Positions 20,999 to 34,524 of a stretch of 63,092 nucleotides of DNA are shown here, one piece after another. The stretch's first letter is position 1. Each line of letters opens with the position of its first letter. Source of the stretch: an uncultured Eubacterium sp. (GTDB lineage Bacteria > Bacillota > Clostridia > Lachnospirales > Lachnospiraceae); the NCBI GenBank assembly GCA_902475415.1, contig CABRZK010000001.1, positions 1 to 63,092 on the forward strand, written 5' to 3'. The notes under the pieces were generated by a model that saw only the letters and a program-made list of their open reading frames with translations, was not told where the DNA came from and did not search any database. The translations under genes and the position numbers were made by a program.

Positions 20999-21133
20999 CT
21001 AAGCTGTTAATTTTTTTCTTCCTTTTAATCTTCTAGCGGCCAAAACTTTTCTTCCGCCTGCTGTACTCATTCTTTTTCTGAAACCGTGAACTTTCGCTCT
21101 CTGTCTCTTCTTTGGCTGATAAGTCATTTTCAT
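20999..21133 (-). CDS. rpmH: 50S ribosomal protein L34 (44 aa, absent from the ORF track)
   Basis: Manual translation [52 protein letters not shown]. Confidence 0.97.
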   Translation of the reverse strand: MKMTYQPKKRQRAKVHGFRKRMSTAGGRKVLAARRLKGRKKLTA

Positions 21134-21380
21134 CGTGATACACCTCCAATCTTCGTAGCATCATTCCCGATGATAGCAAAAAAAGTCAGACAAGTCAATA
21201 GAAATTTAAAAAGTTTTCGAAAAGCGTGTAAAACGCCCAAAAATCCATTTTGCCCCGTCCGTGTACTCCTGTGCGATTGTGAAGTTTTCATTGAAAAATG
21301 GCGCGATTTGAGTTATCATAGACATTGGAACACTGTCCGGTAAATCTTAAATCAGAGATGGACAGGATAAACAGGAAGAA

Positions 21381-22742
21381 ATGGAGCGTGTTATGCATCT
21401 GGTCGAAGAGAAATGGGATGAGATTCTTCTGACTGTAAAACGGGAGCATGAATTGACGGATATCTCTTTTAACACATGGCTGAAGCCATTACAGATTTTC
21501 GCAATTCAGAATAACCGTCTCTATATTCTGGTGTCCAGTGAGCAGATGGGGCTGACCTATATCAATAGGAAGTATTACCTTCCACTGAAGGTTGCAGTTG
21601 CCGAAGTCACAGGAACGGAATATGAGATTGAATTTGTACTTCCGGAACAGGCAAAGAAGCTGAAAATGCCGTATCCGAGACGGCGTGCTACGACAGAGGA
21701 AGCGGAACGGTCAAATCTGAATCCGAACTATACATTCGATACATTTGTGGTGGGAAATAATAACCGGTTTGCACATTCAGCGGCACTGGCTGTGGCGGAG
21801 TCCCCCGGAGAAGTATACAATCCGTTGTTTATTTATGGTGGCGTAGGACTTGGCAAGACACATCTGATGCATTCTATTGCACATTTTATTCAGTCCACAC
21901 ATCCTGAACTGAAAGTTCTGTACGTTTCGTCGGAAACATTTACCAATGAACTCATTGAATCAATTCGGAATGGAAATAATACGGCCATGAGCCGTTTCCG
22001 GGAAAAATACCGCAGTATTGATGTACTGCTGATTGATGATGTACAGTTTATTATTGGCAAAGAAAGTACCCAGGAGGAATTTTTTCATACGTTTAATGAA
22101 CTTCATGTGGCGAAAAAACAGATTATTTTATCCAGTGACCGTCCTCCGAAAGAGATGGAGACACTGGAGGAACGGATCCGTTCCCGGTTCGAATGGGGAC
22201 TGCTGGCAGACATTGGAGTACCGGACTATGAGACTCGTATGGCAATTCTGCGAAAAAAAGAAGAACTGGACGGTTTTGAACTGGATGATGAGATTCTGAA
22301 CTATATTGCGGTCAATATCAAGTCAAATATCAGAGAACTGGAAGGGGCTTTAAATAAGCTGATCGCTTATTCCAATCTGGTACAGACGGATATCACGATG
22401 GAAATTGCGCAAAAGGAGTTACAGAATATTATTTCACCGGATAAACCGCTGGAGATTACACCGGAACTGATCGTAGAAGTGGTTGCCGAACATTTTGGAA
22501 TTACGATGAAGCAGATTTTATCCAAATCCAGGAGTAATGATGTGGCAAAACCCCGTCAGATTGCCATGTATCTGTGTAAAAACATGACGGATGCATCCCT
22601 GGAAACGATAGGAAAAGCGGTGGGTGGCAGAGATCATTCCACTGTTGTACATGGGATTAAAAAAGTGGCGGATGATATCACTGTGGACAAATCTGTGGAA
22701 CGGCAGGTGGCTACGATCCGGAAAAAGATAAATCCGAATTAA
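21381..22742 (+). CDS. dnaA: Chromosomal replication initiator DnaA
   Basis: NPNYTFDTFV, GGVGLGKT, LLIDD, RSRFEWGL, RQIAMYL, GGRDHSTV. Confidence 0.98.
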   Translation: MERVMHLVEEKWDEILLTVKREHELTDISFNTWLKPLQIFAIQNNRLYILVSSEQMGLTYINRKYYLPLKVAVAEVTGTEYEIEFVLPEQAKKLKMPYPRRRATTEEAERSNLNPNYTFDTFVVGNNNRFAHSAALAVAESPGEVYNPLFIYGGVGLGKTHLMHSIAHFIQSTHPELKVLYVSSETFTNELIESIRNGNNTAMSRFREKYRSIDVLLIDDVQFIIGKESTQEEFFHTFNELHVAKKQIILSSDRPPKEMETLEERIRSRFEWGLLADIGVPDYETRMAILRKKEELDGFELDDEILNYIAVNIKSNIRELEGALNKLIAYSNLVQTDITMEIAQKELQNIISPDKPLEITPELIVEVVAEHFGITMKQILSKSRSNDVAKPRQIAMYLCKNMTDASLETIGKAVGGRDHSTVVHGIKKVADDITVDKSVERQVATIRKKINPN

Positions 22743-22939
22743 ATATCCACATAGTATCCCCGTTTTTTATCATTTTATTCCACAGAAGAAAAAGAAAAAA
22801 TTGTGATGGTAATCCCCGTGATATCAGGCGTGCAGGTGTTATACACTTATCAACAGCCACTAAGACGGTTACGGCGGAATCCATTTATATATAGATATAT
22901 TACGCGAAGATATGATACCTGAAAGGAGTTATTCACATT
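22743..22939. other. Canonical oriC position (dnaA-dnaN intergenic) with degenerate DnaA boxes
   Basis: ATATCCACA 22743, TATTCCACA 22776, tandem TTATACACT/TTATCAACA 22839-22855, TTATTCACA 22929; AT-rich tract about 22883-22902; gene orientation flips at rpmH/dnaA. Confidence 0.7.
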
Positions 22940-24052
22940 ATGAAGTTAATCTGTTCAAAAGCAAACCTGGTAAAGGGTGTCAGCATTGTATCAAAGGCTG
23001 TTCCGTCCAGAACAACCATGCCGATTCTGGAATGTATTCTCATCGATGCATCGGCCAGTGAGATCAAGCTGACTGCAAATGACATGGAACTTGGCATAGA
23101 GACAGTAATTGAGGGCGAGATTGTAGAGCGTGGAATTATTGCTCTGGACGCAAAATTCTTCTCCGAGATCGTTCGTAAGCTTCCAGATAATGATGTTGTG
23201 ATCGAATCAGATGATTCATTCCAGACAACTATTACCTGTGAAAAAGCGAAATTCAATATTGTGGGAAAATCCGGCGAAGATTTTTCCTATCTGCCATATA
23301 TTGAGAAAAATGAGTCTATCAGTATTTCACAGTTTACATTAAAAGATGTGGTACGTCAGACCATTTTTTCTATCGCAGATAATGATACAAACAAACTGAT
23401 GACAGGAGAACTGTTTGAAATTAACGAGAATCGCCTGAGAGTCGTATCTCTGGACGGACATCGTATTGCTATCCGCAACATTGATCTGAAGCAGAACTAC
23501 AGCCCGATAAAGGTTGTCGTTCCAGGAAAGACACTGCAGGAGGTCAGCAAGATCCTGACAGGTGAGGCAGAGGATATGGTAGATATTTTCTTTGCGGATA
23601 ATCATATTTTATTCGAGTTTGATCAGACCAAAGTAGTATCGAGACTGATCGAGGGTGAGTATTTCCACATTGATCAGATGCTTTCTTCTGATTATGAGAC
23701 AAAGGTAAAAATCAATAAAAGAGAATTTTTGAACTGTATTGACCGTGCGACCCTGCTGATCCGTGAAGGCGATAAGAAACCGATCATCCTGAATATTCAG
23801 GACGGAAGTCTGCAGTTAAAGATTAATTCTTTTGTGGGTTCCATGAATGAGGAAATAGAAATTGACAAAGAAGGCAAAGATCTGCTGATTGGATTTAATC
23901 CGAAATTTTTCATGGATGCACTGCGTGTCATCGATGATGAGGAAGTAACTTTATATATGGTAAATCCGAAGGCTCCTTGCTTTATCAAGGATGATGCCGG
24001 TACTTACATTTATCTGATTCTTCCGGTTAACTTTAACGCAGCAACGGTATAA
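22940..24052 (+). CDS. dnaN: DNA polymerase III beta clamp
   Basis: 370 aa; SLDGHR, SRLIEGEY, YLILPV. Confidence 0.97.
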   Translation: MKLICSKANLVKGVSIVSKAVPSRTTMPILECILIDASASEIKLTANDMELGIETVIEGEIVERGIIALDAKFFSEIVRKLPDNDVVIESDDSFQTTITCEKAKFNIVGKSGEDFSYLPYIEKNESISISQFTLKDVVRQTIFSIADNDTNKLMTGELFEINENRLRVVSLDGHRIAIRNIDLKQNYSPIKVVVPGKTLQEVSKILTGEAEDMVDIFFADNHILFEFDQTKVVSRLIEGEYFHIDQMLSSDYETKVKINKREFLNCIDRATLLIREGDKKPIILNIQDGSLQLKINSFVGSMNEEIEIDKEGKDLLIGFNPKFFMDALRVIDDEEVTLYMVNPKAPCFIKDDAGTYIYLILPVNFNAATV

Positions 24053-24128
24053 GAAATCATACAGGTATATTTTTTATAGAAAATCACGGGAGTTATAAGC
24101 AATTTCCGGATAATTAGGAGAGAGACAT

Positions 24129-24334
24129 ATGGAAAAAGTAATCATCAGAGATGATTTTATCAAACTGGGTCAGGCCATGAAGCTTGCAGGTATGGTCGGT
24201 TCCGGTGTGGATGCAAAAATGCTGATCCAAGATGGTCAGGTAGAGGTCAATGGAGAGGTAGAATATCAGCGAGGAAAAAAACTCCATGAAGGAGATGTCA
24301 TCACATTTAACGGAGAGAGTGTTCAGATCGGCAA

Positions 24335-24338
<4 letters not shown>
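24129..24338 (+). CDS. yaaA: S4-domain RNA-binding protein YaaA
   Basis: FIKLGQAMK, VEVNGEVEYQRGKKL; between dnaN and recF. Confidence 0.9.
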
Positions 24339-27344
<3,006 letters not shown>

Positions 27345-27446
27345 CAAGTGAGGAAAATTTATCCATGCTTTATGCTCGCATAAAAGCAGGGATGAAACAG
27401 ACCGTGTCTGCGTTGCTATATGTCGTAACAGAATAAATGCAGTAAA

Positions 27447-27695
27447 GGAAAAATGACTTAGAAAAAGTGTATATCGAAACTGGAAGTGAAAAACCACAAA
27501 GCGAGACGGTAGGGCGATTTTCGTCATCGGAGTGAGCATAGCCCGCCTCCGTGAGTGTGTTTGAGCTTGCTGTTTTTGCAAGCGAGTTCGCGGAAGGAGG
27601 CGGTGATAAGCGGCGCAACGAAGATAAAAAATCGCCCGTGTCTGCGTGTGGTTTTTCTGTTCCAGTTTCAAAAAACACCTTGCAGTCATTTTTCC
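27447..27695. repeat. About 250-nt nested imperfect inverted repeat (REP/MITE-like or structured RNA) between gyrB and gyrA
   Basis: Nested pairs GGAAAAATGACT/AGTCATTTTTCC, GAAACTGGA/TCCAGTTTC, AAAAACCACA/TGTGGTTTTT, GGGCGATTTT/AAAATCGCCC, CCGCCTCC/GGAGGCGG. Confidence 0.65.
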
Positions 27696-27716
27696 ACAGC
27701 AAAGAGAGGAATATAA

Positions 27717-30245
27717 ATGGACGACAAGATATTTGATCAGATTCATGACGTGGATCTGAAGAAAACCATGGAGAAATCCTACATCGATTATGCCATGAGT
27801 GTAATCGCATCCCGAGCCCTTCCGGATGTCAGAGACGGATTAAAACCGGTACAGCGCCGAGTTCTCTACTCCATGATCGAATTGAACAACGGACCTGACA
27901 AACCACACCGTAAATGTGCGCGTATTGTCGGTGATACAATGGGTAAATATCATCCACACGGAGACAGCTCCATCTATGGTGCCCTGGTAAACATGGCACA
28001 GGACTGGTCCACACGTTATCCGTTGGTGGATGGTCACGGAAACTTTGGTTCTGTGGACGGTGACGGCGCAGCAGCCATGCGTTACACAGAGGCACGTCTG
28101 AGCAGAATCTCCATGGAAATGCTGGCAGATATCAACAAAAATACCGTTGATTTCCAGCCAAACTTTGATGAGACAGAGAAAGAGCCGGTCGTACTTCCAT
28201 CCAGATATCCGAACCTTCTGGTAAACGGAACCACAGGTATCGCCGTAGGTATGGCCACCAACATTCCGCCGCACAACCTGCGTGAAGTTATTGCGGCTGT
28301 TGTAAAAATTATCGACAACCGTGTAGAAGAAGACAGAGATACAACCATCGAAGAGATTTTAAATATCGTCAAAGGTCCGGATTTCCCGACCGGAGGCATG
28401 ATCCTCGGAACTGCCGGTATCGAAGAAGCATATCGTACCGGACGTGGCAAAATCCGTGTACGTGCGGTGACCGATATTGAGCCGATGCAGAACGGCAAAA
28501 ACCGTATTGTAGTAACCGAGCTTCCGTACATGGTAAACAAAGCCCGTCTGATCGAGAAAATCGCAGAGCTGGTAAAAGACAAACGAATCGACGGAATCAC
28601 AGATCTGCGTGACGAATCCGACCGTCAGGGTATGCGTGTATGTATCGAGCTGAGAAAAGACGTGAATCCAAACGTTATCTTAAATCAGTTATTCAAACAT
28701 ACACAGCTGCAGGACACCTTTGGTGTGATCATGCTTGCGCTTGTCAATAATGAGCCGAAAGTACTGAACCTGCTGGATATGCTGAAACACTACCTGAGAC
28801 ATCAGGAAGATGTTGTGACCAGACGTACAAAATTTGAATTAAACAAAGCAGAAGAGCGTGCGCATATTTTACAGGGCTTACTGATCGCACTGGATAACAT
28901 TGATGAAGTAATTTCCATCATCCGTGGCAGCCGTACGACACAGGAAGCAAAGACAAAATTAATGGAGCGTTTCGGTCTGACCGATACACAGTCTCAGGCA
29001 ATCGTAGATATGCGTCTGAGAGCGTTGACCGGTCTGGAACGTGAGAAACTGGAAGCAGAATACAAAGAGCTGATGGCACGTATTGCTGAGTTGAAAGCAA
29101 TCCTGGCAGATGAGAAAAAACTGCTTGGTGTGATCAAAGAAGAAATCATGGTGATCAGCGCAAAATACGGTGATGACAGACGTACATCCATCGGATATGA
29201 CGAGTACGATATTTCCATGGAAGATCTGATTCCGGTGACCAATACTGTTATTGCAATGACAAAACTTGGTTATATCAAACGTATGAGTGCTGACAACTTC
29301 CGTGCACAGCATCGTGGCGGCCGTGGTATCAAAGGCATGGAGACCATCGATGATGATTATATCGAGGAACTGTTTATGACAACCTCCCATCATTATCTGA
29401 TGTTCTTTACCAATACCGGAAAAGTATACCGTATGAAGGCTTATGAGATTCCGGAGGCCAGCAGAACAGCCCGCGGAACCGCTATCATCAACCTGTTGCA
29501 GCTTGCACCGGGTGAGAAGATCACAGCAGTGATCCCGATCAAGGATTACAGAGATGGCTGGTATCTGTTTATGGCGACCAAGAATGGTATCGTAAAGAAA
29601 ACAGCTATTACAGATTATGCAAATGTCAGAAAGACAGGTCTGGCAGCCATTACTTTACGTGAAGATGATGAGCTGATCGAGGTTAAATTTACAGATGATA
29701 CACAGGATATCTTCCTTGTGACAAAATATGGTCAGTGTATCCGTTTCCATGAGACAGATGTAAGATGCACCGGACGAGTATCCATGGGCGTCATTGGTAT
29801 GAATCTGACGGATGGTGATGAAGTCATCGGTATGCAGCTGAATACACAGGGTGAGCATCTGCTGATCGTTTCTGAGCGTGGTCTTGGAAAACGTACGGCG
29901 ATGGATGAATTTACTCCGCAGAATCGTGGCGGTAAAGGTGTAAAATGCTACAAGATTACAGAGAAGACCGGTAATCTGGTTGGTGTCAAAGGTGTAAATG
30001 ATGACAATGAGATTATGATCATCAACACCGAAGGAATTATCATCCGTATGAAAGTCAGTGATATTTCTATTCTCGGACGTGTAACTTCCGGTGTGAAACT
30101 GATTAACATGGAAGATGACGTTACGGTGGCAAGCATCACAAAAGTCAAAGAGGATGAGACATTAGAAGGCGAAGAAGCTGCAGAGGATGCGGAAGAAACC
30201 GACGCAGAGACTGCGACAGAGGCAGCAGCCGATGAGCAAAAATAA
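27717..30245 (+). CDS. gyrA: DNA gyrase subunit A
   Basis: YHPHGD, AAMRYTE, GyrA box QHRGGRG, acidic tail. Confidence 0.97.
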   Translation: MDDKIFDQIHDVDLKKTMEKSYIDYAMSVIASRALPDVRDGLKPVQRRVLYSMIELNNGPDKPHRKCARIVGDTMGKYHPHGDSSIYGALVNMAQDWSTRYPLVDGHGNFGSVDGDGAAAMRYTEARLSRISMEMLADINKNTVDFQPNFDETEKEPVVLPSRYPNLLVNGTTGIAVGMATNIPPHNLREVIAAVVKIIDNRVEEDRDTTIEEILNIVKGPDFPTGGMILGTAGIEEAYRTGRGKIRVRAVTDIEPMQNGKNRIVVTELPYMVNKARLIEKIAELVKDKRIDGITDLRDESDRQGMRVCIELRKDVNPNVILNQLFKHTQLQDTFGVIMLALVNNEPKVLNLLDMLKHYLRHQEDVVTRRTKFELNKAEERAHILQGLLIALDNIDEVISIIRGSRTTQEAKTKLMERFGLTDTQSQAIVDMRLRALTGLEREKLEAEYKELMARIAELKAILADEKKLLGVIKEEIMVISAKYGDDRRTSIGYDEYDISMEDLIPVTNTVIAMTKLGYIKRMSADNFRAQHRGGRGIKGMETIDDDYIEELFMTTSHHYLMFFTNTGKVYRMKAYEIPEASRTARGTAIINLLQLAPGEKITAVIPIKDYRDGWYLFMATKNGIVKKTAITDYANVRKTGLAAITLREDDELIEVKFTDDTQDIFLVTKYGQCIRFHETDVRCTGRVSMGVIGMNLTDGDEVIGMQLNTQGEHLLIVSERGLGKRTAMDEFTPQNRGGKGVKCYKITEKTGNLVGVKGVNDDNEIMIINTEGIIIRMKVSDISILGRVTSGVKLINMEDDVTVASITKVKEDETLEGEEAAEDAEETDAETATEAAADEQK

Positions 30246-30483
30246 TCTGCCGGAAAAACCATTTTCGGATACAGAAAATGAAGAAACATATGAACAGTTA
30301 GATCTGTCGGAACTGATCTATGGCATGCCCATGGGCGAAGCAGATTTCTTGCTGAATGAGGCGCAGGAAATCCAGTACAACGAAATGTGTCAGGAGTGCA
30401 GACAGGACTGCAAGCAGAGTTTTCGCTGTCAGGTAGTGGAATGCCCGAAATTCAGAGTGAGAAGAAGCAGGAAGAAGAAGTAA
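30232..30483 (+). CDS. Small Cys-rich hypothetical protein (83 aa)
   Basis: ATG at 30232 overlaps the gyrA end; [22 protein letters not shown] and a basic tail. Confidence 0.6.
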   Translation: MSKNNLPEKPFSDTENEETYEQLDLSELIYGMPMGEADFLLNEAQEIQYNEMCQECRQDCKQSFRCQVVECPKFRVRRSRKKK

Positions 30484-30581
30484 GGGTGTGTGCTTTAGCA
30501 TAGAAAAACTTAGGCTTAGAATCCTTGTTTCCACCGATAAAACAAACTAAAATGGCGTTAACCAAAACATAAAGGTAGCGC

Positions 30582-30621
30582 AAAGGAGTCAACACCGGAT
30601 ATGGTGCGGGCTCCTTTTTTT
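30582..30621 (+). terminator. Leader terminator (attenuator-like) just upstream of the aminotransferase RBS
   Basis: AAAGGAGTC...GGCTCCTTTTTTT. Confidence 0.6.
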
Positions 30622-30636
30622 AAGGAGGAACAGGAT

Positions 30637-31092
30637 ATGAACGCTCAGGAAATCAAAGAGACAAGTAAAAAATATGTATTGCAGTCATGGAGCAAACAGG
30701 CCGGGCTGAATCCAATCGTCATCGATCATGCAGAAGGTATCTATATGTATGATGCCGAGGGCAACCGTTATACAGACATGTCCTCATAGCTTGTAAACCT
30801 GAATGTTGGATTTGGAAATAAAGCAATCGGAGATGCCATTAAAGCACAGGTAGACAAATTTTGTTTCGTCGGACCGGCTTATGGGGCAGAGAGCAGAGTA
30901 ACCCTTGGAAAAATGATCATTGATCTGCTTCCGGATAATTTCGGTAAAGTGTTTTTTACGAATGCCGGCGCGGATGCCAATGAAAATGCTGTAAAAATTG
31001 CCCGTATGTACACGGGAAGAAATAAAGTGTTTAGCCGTTACAGAAGGTATCATGGTTCTTCCTTCGGAGCAGGAAATCTGACCGGTGAACCA
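30637..31092 (+). pseudogene. Class-III aminotransferase (beta-alanine transaminase-like), premature stop and 3'-deleted
   Basis: LQSWSKQ, YTDMSS*LVNLNVG with TAG at 30787, FFTNAGADANENA, YHGSS; ends at GNLTGEP. Confidence 0.85.
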
Positions 31093-32034
31093 ACGGATGT
31101 CATGATTAAAGCCGAGGTCAGCGTTTTTCTGCAAAAAGGCTGTGATTATTGCATCGGATTTGGTGGCGGAAGCCCGTTGGATGCGGCAAAAGCGATTGCT
31201 GTCATGGCTGCAAATGAGGGAAATATTTCAGATTTTAACGGAAAAGAAATTACGAAAATGGCAGGCTCTGTGGTGGCAATCCCAACTACTGCAGGAACCG
31301 GTTCGGAAGCAACAAAATTTACTGTCATTACAGATTCAGTGAATGATATTAAGATGCTGTTGAAAGGAGATTGCCTGATTCCAAAGATTGCCATCGTGGA
31401 TGAGACCTTTAGTCTGTCATCTCCACAGTCAGTCACAGCAGCTACTGGTCTGGATGCTCTGACACATGCCGTGGAAGCATATACCTCCAGAAAAGCGATG
31501 GATATGACCGATACACTGGCAGTGTCAGCGGTAAAGCGGATTATGAAATATCTGCCGGTTGCTTATCGTGACGGTAAAAACCGGGAAGCCAGACATCAGA
31601 TGGCGCTAGCAGCACTGGAAGCAGGTATCTGCATCAACAATTCCAGTGTGACACTGGTGCATGGGCTTAGTCGTCCAATCGGAGCGTTATTTCATGTGGC
31701 ACACGGCATCTCCAACGCCATGTTGCTGAAAGCATGCTTCTCCTTTGCCCTGGAAGGCGCCTATGAGCGATTTGCAGATCTTGGACGGGCAATTGGTGTG
31801 GCCGATGAGAAACAGGGCGATATCGCGGCAGCAGAGCTGTTTCTGAAAGCCATCGGACATATCTGTGAAGTGTGCGAAGTACCGACACTGGAACAGTATG
31901 GCATTCCGAGAGAGGAATTCGATGCGACCATTCCGAAGATGGCGCAGGATGCGCTGGACAGCGGAAGCCCGGGAAATACGAGAAAGGTACCATCTTTCGA
32001 GGATTGTGTGGAAATTTATAAAGAAGCCTATTAA
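31081..32034 (+). pseudogene. Iron-containing alcohol dehydrogenase lacking its N-terminus, fused in frame to the aminotransferase remnant
   Basis: GGGSPLDAAK, IPTTAGTGSE, DALTHAVEAY, HGLS..HVAHG. Confidence 0.85.
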
Positions 32035-32117
32035 AAGCAATTTCTAAAGGAAAACCAGTGGAATGTAGAACATGATGCGTAAGCATTATTTTTTCTATCC
32101 ACTGGTTTATTTTTTAC

Positions 32118-33182
32118 TTATATATTGATATGGTATTCTGCAAGTAATTTACGAAGGCGCTCGTTTTCAGAAGTCAGTTGGCTGTTTTCGGAAGTCAGTT
32201 GGCTGTTTTCAGAAGCCAGTTGGCTGTTTTCAGAAGTCAGTTGGCTGTTTTCGGAAGTCAGTTGGCTGTTTTCGGAAGTCAGTTGGCTGTTTTCAGAAGT
32301 CAGTTGGCTGTTTTCGGAAGTCAGTTGTTCGTTTTCAGAAGCGAGTTTTCGATTGGCAATTGTCAGTTTTCCGTTTTCGGAAGTAGCCTCTTGATATTGA
32401 CGGAGGATGACATCTTTTTCATAGCGTTCACTTTCTTCGCGACGGATTGCTTCTGCACGACGTTCGCACTGATATCTGATTTTTTCGTCTTGTGTCAGCT
32501 GATAAATGGTAGATACTGCTTCTTGAATATCTTGATTCGTTTTGGCAAGCATTTGCAATTCCCTCCAATCCTGGCATTTGAAAAGGCGTGCCCATGTATC
32601 AATCTGATAGAATTTATCCTCTTCAGTTGCCATATTTATTTGAGTCAAGCATAACACATATAGCCGGAATTTGTCACTGTAGATTTTGTGTGTTTTCTGA
32701 TTCATTACATAATTGGTAGAAAAAAATTCTGGATATTCGGGAAAGAGAGTAAAATCAAGAATACTGATATGAATGGCAGTTTTTAATGAGAAGTAATGGC
32801 TGCCTTTTTCTAACTGTTTGGAAAAACTACGGGAGAGATATACAAGAGAGCGCTCGGGCCAGTCATGTTGATTTACAACCTGCATTTCAAGATTAACAAT
32901 TGTATCAGAATTCATGATTACTTTAATATCAAGGATAAAAGTTTTTTCTTTCAGAGAGTCACCTAATTCAATAGGATTTGTAATTTCAACACTTTTTATT
33001 TCTTCTGTTGATAAATGTAGTAAAGAACAGATTAGAGATTTTAAAACGAATTTGTTCTTCTGGAGCATGGCACAGAAGAGATAATCATTGGTTAACGGAA
33101 CTGGAACCATGCCACTGGCTGATTGCCATCTGTTGTCTTTGGGGTTGATAGTAATATCAATATCAGAGATTGATTGGTTCAT
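32118..33182 (-). CDS. Rpn-family recombination-promoting nuclease / PD-(D/E)XK putative transposase
   Basis: PLTNDYLF, ILDIKV, VNLEMQV, ERSLVYLS; ATG 33182 after AAGGAAGG (GTG 33194 is an alternative start). Confidence 0.88.
   Translation of the reverse strand: MNQSISDIDITINPKDNRWQSASGMVPVPLTNDYLFCAMLQKNKFVLKSLICSLLHLSTEEIKSVEITNPIELGDSLKEKTFILDIKVIMNSDTIVNLEMQVVNQHDWPERSLVYLSRSFSKQLEKGSHYFSLKTAIHISILDFTLFPEYPEFFSTNYVMNQKTHKIYSDKFRLYVLCLTQINMATEEDKFYQIDTWARLFKCQDWRELQMLAKTNQDIQEAVSTIYQLTQDEKIRYQCERRAEAIRREESERYEKDVILRQYQEATSENGKLTIANRKLASENEQLTSENSQLTSENSQLTSENSQLTSENSQLTSENSQLASENSQLTSENSQLTSENERLRKLLAEYHINI
32157..32345 (-). repeat. Coding 21-bp tandem repeat, 9 heptads (LTSENSQ)
   Basis: GTTTTC(A/G)GAAGTCAGTTGGCT repeated; translates to a coiled-coil heptad. 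Confidence 0.95.
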
Positions 33183-33626
33183 AAAGAGAAACACCTTCCT
33201 TTGTAGAGATAAAGAATAACATTATTCTTTGAGTGGAAATATAAGAAACGTTATGTTGGAACAGAAAGAAGACAATGCACTGTCATAGAAAATGCTGTGC
33301 CAGACATGATGAAAAGCAGTGTTACGCGCTCTGCTACCATATAGCATATAACTGGCATTGGCGAGATGTCAATTTATTTTTTTGTGGGAAAAATCAGGTT
33401 GTGCAATATGTATAAAAAAGGAAAATGTGTGATAGACGCTTGTTTTAGAGAGATTTTATGACAAACAATTTGATAATTTAGTAGAAAAAATGTAGTTTTT
33501 TGATAAAATTTTTGTGATATATGTCCTGAAATAATTAGAAAGATTGACATCCATTCCATTCGGATTTAGAATAGCATCCGGATAAAAATAGAAGAAAAAA
33601 TGTAGAAAAGATTCAGAGGCATTAGT

Positions 33627-34373
33627 ATGAGACAGAAAGTTACAAAAGATCAGTGGGAAGCATTTATTCACTGGAATTTCGCCCTTGTGGGTGGATTCCT
33701 CGGTGCATATGCGATTTTGTTACATATGGGAAATTTTGGTTCGGCTCAGACCGGAAACCTGATGGAGATGGCGGCATCGCTGGTGTCAGGTGAGTGGTAC
33801 GATGTGTTACTGCGACTGCTTGCATTACCGCTTTTTGGCGGTGGTGTGGTAGCGTCGTACATCTTAACAAACTATTCGAGCCTGAATATGCGAAAAGTGG
33901 CGATTCTGGTAGATGCAGCCGGATTGGTAATTTCCTCATTATTGCCACTAAAACCGGTACTGGTCGGTCTGTATCCGATTTTCTTCTGCTCCGCGTTTCA
34001 GTGGGGCGTGTATTCATCAGCAAATGGCTATAACAGTTCCACCATCTTTTCCAGTAACAACTTCAAGCAGGCAGTGCTTGGCTGGACACAATATGCGCTG
34101 ACGAAAGATAAGGAATTCAGACGGAAAGGTATCCTGTATTCCAATACAGTGATTTCATTCTTTATCGGAGCATGTTACGGAGCCATTGCAGTAAATGCTT
34201 TTGACGTCCGGGCGGCGTATCTTGGATTTGTACCGCTGGCAACCGGCTGGATCCTTGTGGAAAAACACAGCAGAGTGCTGGAATCCGAGCGCCCGCAGGA
34301 AATTGCACAGGAAGCCGAGACAGCACTTGCAGATGCACAACTTCTGGAGAAAGAACAAAAATTAAACATATAA
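33627..34373 (+). CDS. YoaK/DUF1275-family membrane protein
   Basis: GGFLGAY...FGSAQTGNL; several TM helices. Confidence 0.8.
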   Translation: MRQKVTKDQWEAFIHWNFALVGGFLGAYAILLHMGNFGSAQTGNLMEMAASLVSGEWYDVLLRLLALPLFGGGVVASYILTNYSSLNMRKVAILVDAAGLVISSLLPLKPVLVGLYPIFFCSAFQWGVYSSANGYNSSTIFSSNNFKQAVLGWTQYALTKDKEFRRKGILYSNTVISFFIGACYGAIAVNAFDVRAAYLGFVPLATGWILVEKHSRVLESERPQEIAQEAETALADAQLLEKEQKLNI

Positions 34374-34380
34374 GATTAGT

Positions 34381-34447
34381 CATTGAATTTGCGGAACAGT
34401 CTGTTTCTCTTTATTCAATGTACAATCTCCTTCAAATTTATTACAGT
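34381..34447 (+). promoter_or_regulatory. Putative LysR operator and promoter, copy 1
   Basis: CATTGAATTT..GGAACAG...TTTATTCAATGTACA, then 17 nt, then TACAGT; near-identical to 37542-37608. Confidence 0.6.
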
Positions 34448-34524
34448 GGAAGTGTAAAGGAAAGACATTTTCAGTGTGATGATAAAAAAAACTTGTAAGT
34501 ATGTTTAAAGTAAGGAGAGAATAT

